64,000 nt of DNA from an uncultured Chitinophagales bacterium (GTDB taxonomy: Bacteria > Bacteroidota > Bacteroidia > Chitinophagales > UBA8649): NCBI GenBank assembly GCA_964655225.1, contig CAZZMB010000002.1, positions 25,344 through 89,343 on the forward strand. The letters are read 5' to 3'. The notes beneath the pieces were generated by a model. That model was not told the origin of the DNA. It saw nothing but the letters and a program-made list of their open reading frames with translations, and searched no databases. Position 1 is the stretch's first letter. The number at the start of each line of letters is the position of its first letter. Below are positions 56,025 through 64,000 of this stretch, in pieces. A program made the translations under genes and the position numbers.

Positions 56025-57051
56025 TATTTACTTCATCGAGTAATGGCGTACCATTTTCCATGTGCGCGATGAGGCGGTCAGCAAAATATGGTGCTAAAGA
56101 TAAGCCTTTTGTCCCCATGCCATTTAAAACATACATATTCTTATGATTGGGGTGTTCACCTAATATCGGCTTTCTATCTATAACAGTAGGTCTGATCCCA
56201 ACTTTATGTGCTATTACTTTAAATGGTGCATCTATGGCTGCTGTCAGCGCATCCAATAAATATTTCTTTTTCTCTAGAGTCGGTTTTTGAACCATATCGT
56301 TCCAATCATACGTCGACCCAATACAATATCGATTTTCTCCGAGTGGGTTAATATTTATCTTACTGTTTAAAACGCAATCAAGATTCAAATTTGGACATTC
56401 AATTATTAAGGCCTCTCCCTTTGAAAATTGAATGGGTAAAGAATTGAAGTAAGGATTGAAGCGCATTTTATAGCCTTCTGCAAAGACCACTTTTTTTGCA
56501 GAGATTTTATGGTACTTATATCCGTCCTCAAATTCCTTTAGAGCGAGATGTTCAAATTCACTTTCTTGGAGGTTTATATTCTCTTTGAGGTAAGTGTAGA
56601 AATCATCCATCATTAAATTAATATCTATTTGAAGTAGCGGTTCTATTTTAGCTCGACCAAAGCCACCTTGAATAGATGCGGGAGTTTCATCGGGATACTC
56701 AAAAAGATATTTTGCATATGCTTTAGACGCCCTTCGAATGTGAAAATCATTTACCTGTTCATTGGTGTGAAGAATTTTTAAAAGACTAGTTTCTTTGTAC
56801 AAGGAATGATTAAATCTAGTGCTGAGCTCTTTATAAAATGACCGTGCCTCAGGAAGGAGTTCTTCGATCATCCAAGTTTTCACAAATCGTCGACCAGTTA
56901 TTGGATTAATTAGTCCAGATGCTTGTCGTGATGCAGTATTTCCAGAGCCCTTATCAACAATTACTACACGTTTATTCTGTTGACTAAGTTTATAGGCGAG
57001 AATACTCCCAACCAATCCTTGCCCAACAATTAAATAATCTGCTTGATCCAT
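56002..57051 (-). CDS. FAD-dependent oxidoreductase (DAO family)
   Basis: 349 aa. N-terminal dinucleotide fold DYLIVGQGLVGSILAYKL...VVIVDK. Overlaps the RluA-family gene by 23 nt. Confidence 0.75.
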   Translation of the reverse strand: MDQADYLIVGQGLVGSILAYKLSQQNKRVVIVDKGSGNTASRQASGLINPITGRRFVKTWMIEELLPEARSFYKELSTRFNHSLYKETSLLKILHTNEQVNDFHIRRASKAYAKYLFEYPDETPASIQGGFGRAKIEPLLQIDINLMMDDFYTYLKENINLQESEFEHLALKEFEDGYKYHKISAKKVVFAEGYKMRFNPYFNSLPIQFSKGEALIIECPNLNLDCVLNSKININPLGENRYCIGSTYDWNDMVQKPTLEKKKYLLDALTAAIDAPFKVIAHKVGIRPTVIDRKPILGEHPNHKNMYVLNGMGTKGLSLAPYFADRLIAHMENGTPLLDEVNIERFYEA

Positions 57052-57365
57052 TACCGGAAGTGATCTAGATTGGGCCGTTTACTTTCTCGATTTTCATTCT
57101 CGAGTTCATCTTCCTTATGGGCAATAGTTATACGCAATTGCTGAAAAACATAGTAAGCGCTCAGGGAGGCAAGACCCAAAGCAGGGATTACCGCATAAAT
57201 AATTTTTTCTAAACCGAAATAATTCAAAACGATAATTCCAATTAAAAGTTCAGAGCAAACAAACAAAGTCACCAAACGAAAAACCCAAAACCAAGGTTTC
57301 TCTTGATGTTCTTTTGCCCGATTATGTATTTTAACGGCAAGATAAATAAGAATAAAAATGTCCAT
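57051..57365 (-). CDS. hypothetical small membrane protein
   Basis: 104 aa with three hydrophobic segments. Tightly packed inside a minus-strand operon. Confidence 0.5.
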   Translation of the reverse strand: MDIFILIYLAVKIHNRAKEHQEKPWFWVFRLVTLFVCSELLIGIIVLNYFGLEKIIYAVIPALGLASLSAYYVFQQLRITIAHKEDELENENRESKRPNLDHFR

Positions 57366-57366
57366 A

Positions 57367-57621
57367 TTATTTAAAATTACTTAAGTCTTCTTTTCTCTTT
57401 TTTGGCAATTTCGCCACAACTAAATCATACGAGTGATCGATTAGCTCTTCCGCATAATAAGGATTACATTTAAGGTTAGCAGTTCGCTCAATATTATCTA
57501 AACTTGAAAGAGCAAACATTTTATCCATTACTTTAAAAACTAAAGTAGATTGGTCAAAGGGGAAACTTTCGATAACCCTCTTCTTGCTTAGGCAGTATGC
57601 TCTAAATTCTTCCATGTTCAT
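57367..57621 (-). CDS. MmcQ/YjbR-family protein with an apparent in-frame internal deletion
   Basis: 84 aa. N-terminal half (FRAYCLSKKRVIESFPFD..LVFKVMDKMFAL...NLKCNP..AEEL) and the tail (IDHSYDLVVAKLPKKRKEDL) align with both ends of E. coli YjbR as I recall it. The central 34 aa or so are missing. Confidence 0.5.
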   Translation of the reverse strand: MNMEEFRAYCLSKKRVIESFPFDQSTLVFKVMDKMFALSSLDNIERTANLKCNPYYAEELIDHSYDLVVAKLPKKRKEDLSNFK

Positions 57622-58058
57622 TTAGAAAATGTAAAAGTGCAATAGTTCGCTTGACCAAATTCATTTAATTGAACATCAAACTGTAATTGTTCAAATCCAC
57701 CAGTATTAAAATAATTGCCTTCACCAACTACCGATAAGGCAGAGCTGCCCAATGTTTGTTGGGGTATTCTAAAGTAAGTTCCTTCACAGTCTATATAGGC
57801 TTTCATAGTTTGACCAGAATTTATAAAGTTTACAAAGTCCAATTCATTTTCCGCCCCATTGCCCGGGTTAATCGTAGCAAAAGTGAAGCCATGACCAAAC
57901 CCTTGCTGACAGAATTCACTTACATTATAATTTCCAATAAACTTGGCGGTATCGTAGGTGCTGCAATTTTGTGGCGGAATTTGATCGCATCGGCTTATAA
58001 AAAGTGTCAAGCTTACAAGGATAAGAAGCATCGATAAATATTTTGATTGAGTTTCCAT
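57618..58058 (-). CDS. hypothetical secreted protein or lipoprotein
   Basis: 146 aa with a hydrophobic N-terminal signal. First gene of a five-gene minus-strand cluster. No family recognised. Confidence 0.5.
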   Translation of the reverse strand: METQSKYLSMLLILVSLTLFISRCDQIPPQNCSTYDTAKFIGNYNVSEFCQQGFGHGFTFATINPGNGAENELDFVNFINSGQTMKAYIDCEGTYFRIPQQTLGSSALSVVGEGNYFNTGGFEQLQFDVQLNEFGQANYCTFTFSK

Positions 58059-58433
58059 TTAGCATTTTTTATATGATGAACTTAAATGTAATCAAAGCGT
58101 TGAGGCAGGTATCAAAAAACACTTTTAAAGCCATATCGTGTCACCTCATGTAAAAGTAATGAAGAAAGTTATTATTGTTGTTGTTTTGAGTCATTTTTCC
58201 AATGAGAGCAGTTTAATTGAAATACTTTGAGGAAAAAGAAAGGGGGGGTTAATCTATATTCAACGCTAATTTTGTTGGCTTGAATCAAGAATATTCAAAG
58301 CGCTTGTGTGGTCCCGTTTCAAGTTGGTGTGGATTCCCATCGACAATAAACATGGTGTTTGTTCATAAAGATATTCCTTTCAGGACAATGGCAATCGCAG
58401 AGTGATTATCTTTAAGCTAAGGAATAAGTTACC

Positions 58434-58772
58434 ATGTCTCTATTCGGAAAAAATATTAAATATATACGTCAGTCAAATGGCTTCAGTCAACAGCAGTTTG
58501 CTGGTTTGTTTGAATTGAGTAGAGCTAGTATTGGAAGCTATGAAGAAGGCAGAGCAGAGCCTAAAATAGAGACTTTGATTAAAATTGCTAATCATTTTCA
58601 TGTGACAGTAGATCAGTTGGTTCGAGGTAATGTGGACGCTAATAGCATAGTACAGGATCGCACAGAAAAAGAATCGCTTCCTCCCCCTCCAGCGCTGTAT
58701 ATTGAGGATCGCTTAAGTGCATTAGAGCAAAAAATTACTCATTTGGAAGCTCAATTGAATAATAAGTCATGA
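58434..58772 (+). CDS. XRE-family HTH protein with C-terminal coiled-coil
   Basis: 112 aa. IKYIRQSNGFSQQQFAGLFELSRASIGSYEEGRAEP is an HTH_3 motif. The stop overlaps the murF start (ATGA). Confidence 0.75.
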   Translation: MSLFGKNIKYIRQSNGFSQQQFAGLFELSRASIGSYEEGRAEPKIETLIKIANHFHVTVDQLVRGNVDANSIVQDRTEKESLPPPPALYIEDRLSALEQKITHLEAQLNNKS

Positions 58773-60046
58773 CAATACAAGAGATTTATAAAGTTTTTTT
58801 AAAAAGTAAAGGTGTTTGTACTGATACTCGAACACTTCAAGCTGGGCAGATCTTTTTTGCTTTAAAGGGCGATAATTTTAATGGGAACAAGTACGCTAAG
58901 CAAGCTTTAGAAGCCGGAGCAAGCTTTGCTATTGTTGATGAAGAAGAATTTTTGGTTAAAGGGGAAAGTGTGTTAGTGAAGAATGTTTTGGAGGTCTTAC
59001 AAGCTTTAGCACAGTATCACCGCCAAGTTCTTAAAACTCCAATTATAGCGATTACCGGAAGCAATGGAAAAACAACGACTAAGGAGTTAATGCGCAGCGT
59101 ATTGCTTCAAAAGTATGTCTGTTTTGCCACGAAAGGAAATTTGAACAATCATATTGGGGTGCCTCTTTCATTGCTATCACTTACCCCAGCGCATGAACTT
59201 GCCATTATTGAAATGGGAGCCAATCATCAGGGAGAAATTGCTTCTTATTGCAAATGGGTGCTACCCGAATATGGCTTGATTACTAACATTGGGAAGGCTC
59301 ACTTAGAAGGGTTTGGTGGATTGGAAGGAGTGAAGAAGGGCAAAACGGAGCTGTTTCAAGATATAGCTTCAAGAAATGGACTAGTTTTTTATAATGGAGA
59401 TGACACCATTTTAACTGAACAAAGTAAATTATTAGATCGACGATTGGCTTATGGCGAAATTAATATGCCAAAATATAAGTATAGACTTGTTGAAAATAAG
59501 GAATTCATAGCTCTAGAGGTAGAGGATCTTCACATTCAAAGTCGTCTGATAGGCAAATACAACGGGGCGAATATGGCAGCTGCCCTGGCAGTTGGTCAAT
59601 ACTTCAAAGTGCCTTTAGCGAAGATTAAAATAGCATTGGAAGCTTATACTCCTCAAAACAATCGTTCGCAAATTATTGAGTATGGCACCCATGAGGTAAT
59701 ACTGGACGCGTATAATGCAAATCCAACATCAATGATGGCTGCATTGGAGTATTTTGAAAACAATGATGCGAAGAATAAAGGAGTCTTTTTAGGCGATATG
59801 TTGGAGGTAGGGGAGTCTAGCGAAGCCGAACATCAGTTGATTGTTGATTATCTAGCTAAGGGTTCATTTGGGTTTTATGCACTGGTGGGGGAAAGATTCT
59901 ATGCATGTAAGAATGAAGATGGCTTGTTTTTTAAAACGAGTGAAGAAGCAAAACTATGGTTGAAAAGCCAAGAGTTAAATGGATTCACCTTTCTGATTAA
60001 AGGATCAAGAAGCATGAAAATGGAAGCGATTATAGCAAATAAATAA
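58769..60046 (+). CDS. murF: UDP-N-acetylmuramoyl-tripeptide--D-alanyl-D-alanine ligase
   Basis: 425 aa. FFALKGDNFNGNKYA, the ATP-binding ITGSNGKTTTKE motif, and DAYNANPTSM. Confidence 0.9.
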   Translation: MTIQEIYKVFLKSKGVCTDTRTLQAGQIFFALKGDNFNGNKYAKQALEAGASFAIVDEEEFLVKGESVLVKNVLEVLQALAQYHRQVLKTPIIAITGSNGKTTTKELMRSVLLQKYVCFATKGNLNNHIGVPLSLLSLTPAHELAIIEMGANHQGEIASYCKWVLPEYGLITNIGKAHLEGFGGLEGVKKGKTELFQDIASRNGLVFYNGDDTILTEQSKLLDRRLAYGEINMPKYKYRLVENKEFIALEVEDLHIQSRLIGKYNGANMAAALAVGQYFKVPLAKIKIALEAYTPQNNRSQIIEYGTHEVILDAYNANPTSMMAALEYFENNDAKNKGVFLGDMLEVGESSEAEHQLIVDYLAKGSFGFYALVGERFYACKNEDGLFFKTSEEAKLWLKSQELNGFTFLIKGSRSMKMEAIIANK

Positions 60047-60078
60047 AAAAGGCTCCAGCGATTACGATCACTGAAGCC
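60045..60078 (-). terminator. terminator after the thioredoxin-like gene
   Basis: GGCTCCAG (60051-58) pairs with CTGAAGCC (60071-78), with one mismatch. On the minus strand TTTTT follows. Confidence 0.5.
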
Positions 60079-60101
60079 AAAAAATTTGAATTAGATTTAA
60101 T

Positions 60102-60722
60102 TTACTTTACTCTTTTAATACTGCATCCTTTCGCAGGCGTTTGATTGACTTTAATAGCCTTACCTATACCTATCTGATTTAATGCATTGATTAAATAACT
60201 TTCACTTACCGCATCGGCATCTTTACTATTGTCATCTATCGCTCCAGCATATACTAAAAGGTCATCACTGTCAAAAAGAAATACATGAGGAGTTGTTTTC
60301 GCTCCAAAAGCATTCGCTATGGCAGAGCTTTTATCGACTAGATATGGTGACTTATACATCACTTCTTTCGCATGACTTACCATATTTTCGAAAGAATCAT
60401 CACCTGCTCTTTTTGCTTCGTTCGAATTGATTAGTGCAGTGCCAAAACCATAACGACCAGCAATTGCAGTAACATCATCATAACGATCTTCCCATTGTGT
60501 CACGAAGGGACAAGTATTACAAGAAAAGATTACCAAGGTGCCGTTTTTCTGTTTGATATCGCTGAGGCTCATCATACTGTTGTCAATGTTTCTCATTTCA
60601 AGATCCATCATTGGCATCGCTGCCCCCAGTTCAATTGTTGGAAATTGTTCTTCTTCACCGGGCGCAAAGCCTGCGAATATTGCACATCCAATCACGAGAA
60701 TAAATAAAGCTATTTTGTTCAT
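60102..60722 (-). CDS. thioredoxin-fold (redoxin/TlpA-like) secreted protein
   Basis: 206 aa with a signal peptide. CxxC motif FSCNTCPFV, and a later TPHVFLFD region. Confidence 0.75.
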   Translation of the reverse strand: MNKIALFILVIGCAIFAGFAPGEEEQFPTIELGAAMPMMDLEMRNIDNSMMSLSDIKQKNGTLVIFSCNTCPFVTQWEDRYDDVTAIAGRYGFGTALINSNEAKRAGDDSFENMVSHAKEVMYKSPYLVDKSSAIANAFGAKTTPHVFLFDSDDLLVYAGAIDDNSKDADAVSESYLINALNQIGIGKAIKVNQTPAKGCSIKRVK

Positions 60723-60851
60723 AATTTTTGTTTTTTAGGTAACACAGAATGAAATAATTTGTTCAAATCGGTTGCGCGTAACATCAACCTAAATTTTTCT
60801 TGCTTAAAAATACATAAAATGCTACACAATGTATTTATTTTGTAGTTGAAT

Positions 60852-63761
60852 ATGGGAGTAACTAAAAGTTTAAAAGACTTGCAAGCCAAATTTTCGGGTG
60901 ATTTATACTGGGATAGTATGATGCGAACGATTTATGCAACCGATGCTTCTGTCTATCGTGAACTTCCTGTGGCTGTTGCCGTTCCAAGGTCTAAGGACGA
61001 CCTCAAATTGCTTATTGATTTTGCTCAAAGTCATGCCTTGAGTTTAATTCCTCGAGCAGCAGGAACCTCATTGGCTGGCCAATGTGTGGGCAGCGGTATA
61101 GTCGTGGATATCTCAAAGCACTTCACTCAAATTTTAGAATTTAATGCGAAAGAAAAGTGGATTAAAGTTCAGCCAGGAGTAATTCGAGATGAACTGAATT
61201 TATTTTTAAAGCCGCATGGCTTATTTTTTGGGCCAGAAACATCAACAGCTAATCGTGCTATGATTGGCGGTATGGTTGGAAATAATTCAACGGGGACCAA
61301 TTCAATCAGATATGGTAACACGAGAGATCATGTGTTGGAATTGGAGGTGTTTCTTAGTGATGGTAGTATGGTTAAACTCAATACGAAAACTGCAGAGGAG
61401 CTCCAGGTGTTAAACACTACAGATAGTTTGGAAGGTAGATTGTATCAATTTTTGTTGAAAGAGTTGGCCTCAAATGTTGTTAGAGAGGAGATAATAGATC
61501 AATTCCCCAAAGCTTCCATTCATAGAAGAAATACAGGATATGCTATTGATGAAATTATAAATTGCGAACCTTTTATATCAAAAGGAGATCCCTTAAATTT
61601 ATGTAAGTTGATGGTTGGTTCAGAGGGCACGCTGGCTCTTATTACCGAAATTAAACTTAATCTAGTCGACTTGCCTCCTGCGGAACATGTGCTCCTTTGC
61701 CCTCATTTTAATTCTGTACAAGATGCGCTAAAAGCGGTTAAACCAATTATGGAACTGCAGCCATATGCATGTGAACTGATGGACAAGCTAATTATGGATT
61801 GTACCAAGGAAAATTTGGAATACAAAAAGTATCGGTACTTCCTTAAAGGGGACCCAGCAGCGATTTTAATGCTAGAGTTAAGAGCAGAAACCAAAGATGC
61901 ACTTGCGTGTTTGATTGATCAAGCACAGCAAATTTTAACAGATGAGACGGAAAGTTATGAGTGTCCAGAAATTTTTGCTCCTCGCATTCAAAATGTATGG
62001 AAATTGCGAAAAGCAGGACTGGGCTTACTGGCTAATATTCCTGGGGATAAGAAAGCAGTGGCTGTCATAGAGGATACTGCGGTTCATATTGATGATTTAG
62101 CACAATATATTGACGATTTTACGGCAATTATGGAAACTCATGGTCAAAAAGCAGTCTATTACGCGCATGCCGGAGCAGGTGAGTTACACCTAAGACCAAT
62201 ACTTAATTTGAAAGAATCAGCAGATGTGAAGTTGTTTGAGGAAATAGCTTGGGATACCGCAAGGTTAGTGAAAAAATACAAAGGTTCTTTAAGTGGAGAG
62301 CATGGAGATGGTAGAGTGCGTGCTAGTTTTATTCCTTATATGCTTGGCGAAAAGAATTATAAACTTCTACAGAAACTAAAAGCAAATTGGGATCCTAATG
62401 GTGTTTTTAATAAGGGGAAAATTACGGATGCACCCAAGATAGATGAGGACCTAAGGTATGAGATAGGGCGAACAGAACCTGTATTGAGCACCTTGTTGAA
62501 TTTTGATGAGGAGGGTGGGATATTAAGACTTGCAGAGAAGTGCAACGGATCGGGCGATTGTAGGAAAACACATTTAAGTGGCGGAACTATGTGCCCTAGC
62601 TATATGGCAACAAAAAATGAGAAGGATACAACACGTGCAAGAGCGAATGTATTGAGGGAGTTTCTTACCCAAAGTGATAACGATCGAGAAAAGTGGACCT
62701 CTGAAGAGATAAAGGAAGCATTAGATTTATGTTTGAGCTGCAAAGCTTGCAAAAATGAATGCCCGAGTAATGTAGATATGGCAAGCTTGAAAGCAGAGTT
62801 TTCCTATCAATACCAAAAACGAAAAGGGACACCAATTCGCACAAAATTGTTTGGGCATGTTCAGAAACTAAATCAATTTGCCTCAATTTTCCCTGGCTTA
62901 GTAAATAAAATTAATGCTACGCCATTGGCGAAAAATATTTTAGGTATCGCGGTAGAAAGAACTCCCCCGGAATTAGCAAAAGAAACACTAAAAAAATGGT
63001 TTTCTAGAAGGATAATCAAGGAGAATACTGGGAAGCAGTCCCTTTATTTTTTTGCGGATGAGTTCACTAATTATTATGACGTAGAAGCGGGTAAAGCCTG
63101 CATTCTTTTGTTGGAGGCTTTAGGGTATAAGATTTTGATGGCCCCTATCGCAGACAGCGGTAGAGCATTTCTATCAAAGGGAATGCTGAATGAAGCCAAA
63201 CAATTGGCTAGGTCCAATGTAAAGGCCCTTCTTCCACTGATATCTGAACATACTCCCTTGATTGGTGTTGAACCCAGTGCCATCCTTTCATTTCGAGATG
63301 AGTATATCCGCTTGATTGATCACAAGGATTTCAAAGATTCATGTCTTGTGAAATTTAGTTTAACTATCGAGGAGTTTTTAGTAAAAGCTAAGGAAGCAGG
63401 ATCCATACAACGGGAATTATTTGTTAGCACACACCAACAGGTCGTATTACACGGGCATTGTCATCAAAAGGCATTGAGTGAGGTCAGCTATTCAGAGAAA
63501 ATTTTATCCATACCTCCAAACTATCATGTTGAAACGCTGTCAACCGGCTGTTGTGGAATGGCAGGAAGTTTTGGCTATGAAAAAGAGCATTATCAAACCT
63601 CTATGGAAGTAGGTGAATTGGTCTTATTCCCATCGCTAAGAAAATGCGATGACCAAGTCATTGTGGCCGCTCCAGGAACGAGCTGCAGGCATCAAATATT
63701 TGATGGCACAAGAAGAACAGCTTTACATCCCGCGCAAGTATTATATAATGCGCTTAAGTAA
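60852..63761 (+). CDS. fused FAD-linked oxidase (GlcD-like) / Fe-S plus CCG-domain (GlcF/GlpC-like) oxidoreductase
   Basis: About 969 aa from the ATG at 60852 (the track starts at TTG 60846). FAD-binding PRAAGTSLAGQ, the 4Fe-4S motif CLSCKACKNECPS, and the CCG motif TGCCGMAGSFG. Confidence 0.85.
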   Translation: MGVTKSLKDLQAKFSGDLYWDSMMRTIYATDASVYRELPVAVAVPRSKDDLKLLIDFAQSHALSLIPRAAGTSLAGQCVGSGIVVDISKHFTQILEFNAKEKWIKVQPGVIRDELNLFLKPHGLFFGPETSTANRAMIGGMVGNNSTGTNSIRYGNTRDHVLELEVFLSDGSMVKLNTKTAEELQVLNTTDSLEGRLYQFLLKELASNVVREEIIDQFPKASIHRRNTGYAIDEIINCEPFISKGDPLNLCKLMVGSEGTLALITEIKLNLVDLPPAEHVLLCPHFNSVQDALKAVKPIMELQPYACELMDKLIMDCTKENLEYKKYRYFLKGDPAAILMLELRAETKDALACLIDQAQQILTDETESYECPEIFAPRIQNVWKLRKAGLGLLANIPGDKKAVAVIEDTAVHIDDLAQYIDDFTAIMETHGQKAVYYAHAGAGELHLRPILNLKESADVKLFEEIAWDTARLVKKYKGSLSGEHGDGRVRASFIPYMLGEKNYKLLQKLKANWDPNGVFNKGKITDAPKIDEDLRYEIGRTEPVLSTLLNFDEEGGILRLAEKCNGSGDCRKTHLSGGTMCPSYMATKNEKDTTRARANVLREFLTQSDNDREKWTSEEIKEALDLCLSCKACKNECPSNVDMASLKAEFSYQYQKRKGTPIRTKLFGHVQKLNQFASIFPGLVNKINATPLAKNILGIAVERTPPELAKETLKKWFSRRIIKENTGKQSLYFFADEFTNYYDVEAGKACILLLEALGYKILMAPIADSGRAFLSKGMLNEAKQLARSNVKALLPLISEHTPLIGVEPSAILSFRDEYIRLIDHKDFKDSCLVKFSLTIEEFLVKAKEAGSIQRELFVSTHQQVVLHGHCHQKALSEVSYSEKILSIPPNYHVETLSTGCCGMAGSFGYEKEHYQTSMEVGELVLFPSLRKCDDQVIVAAPGTSCRHQIFDGTRRTALHPAQVLYNALK

Positions 63762-63792
63762 AATAAAATCCGAAAAAGCTTATCTTTAATCT

Positions 63793-64000
63793 ATGAAAAT
63801 TTTTGCACTTATTATATTTTTCTATCTCTTTTCCAGTTCTATTTTAGCGCAAGTCCCTAATGTGGGATTACGCATATCTAGTAATGATGTAAGTGATGGA
63901 TATTTACTGTATTCTCCACAAGAAAATACTAAGGTTTTCCTCATTGATAATTGCGGTGAGCAAGTAAATGAATGGAGTTTCAGGGAAGAGCCGGGATTGG
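63793..64000 (+). CDS. secreted protein, N-terminus only (window edge); possibly arylsulfotransferase-like
   Basis: Open from the ATG at 63793 to the window end: MKIFALIIFFYLFSSSILAQVPNVGLRISSNDVSDGYLLYSPQENTKVFLIDNCGEQVNEW. The family guess is from memory only. Confidence 0.4.
   Translation, partial: MKIFALIIFFYLFSSSILAQVPNVGLRISSNDVSDGYLLYSPQENTKVFLIDNCGEQVNEWSFREEPGL

Noticed and set aside
58159-58230. A 23-codon ORF (MKKVIIVVVLSHFSNESSLIEIL) in the spacer upstream of the XRE-murF pair. I considered a leader peptide.
   Set aside because: No adjacent attenuator structure or terminator, no promoter box, and a size easily produced by chance.
1-64000. Window-wide search for CRISPR arrays, IS elements, integrases, toxin-antitoxin pairs, restriction-modification systems and other defence or mobile modules.
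   Set aside because: None seen. No regularly spaced direct repeats, no transposase, recombinase or nuclease signatures in any ORF, and nearly all ORFs over 100 aa have housekeeping-type motifs. Isolated TAnnTTTG matches are also expected by chance (roughly 40 per strand in 64 kb by my estimate). I therefore report only boxes positioned correctly before genes, and at low confidence.

Overview
This is a low-GC segment: hand counts give about 33% G+C in typical genes and about 25% in spacers. It reads as core chromosome of a Bacteroidota (Flavobacteriia-like) organism. Supporting signs are T9SS C-terminal sorting domains, a PorZ-like double-propeller protein, a Rho with a long low-complexity N-terminal insert, TAnnTTTG '-7' promoter boxes, and little Shine-Dalgarno signal. 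I can support about 62 protein genes and one tRNA(CAT). Most genes are housekeeping: dnaG, ileS-dksA-like-lspA, rho, serS, cdsA-psd, dus, nrdB-nrdA, thiL, nadD, bshA-like, tsaC, tsaB, rpmH-rnpA, msrB, murF and a superoxide dismutase. I saw no rRNA, CRISPR array, transposase, integrase or phage gene. I also do not see a convincing novel multi-gene system, and I say so rather than invent one. These observations deserve a second look: (1) A single-gene island of about 50% GC encodes a saccharopine-dehydrogenase-like reductase next to rpmH, and a roughly 45-55 bp spacer element abutting it recurs 48 kb away. (2) A -7 box sits exactly 4 nt before the ATG of thiL and of dus, which predicts leaderless mRNAs; the ECF sigma gene has similar geometry. 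(3) An ECF sigma is paired with a small soluble ZAS-like anti-sigma whose zinc-ligand motif is altered, next to a translationally coupled lipoprotein pair (DUF4920-like plus a CXXCH protein). (4) A YrdC/TsaC-type gene is translationally coupled to a ligase-GT2-GT4 glycan operon. (5) The nrdBA upstream region is long and contains a perfect 19-bp palindrome. All functional calls come from motif recognition by eye. No database search was run.
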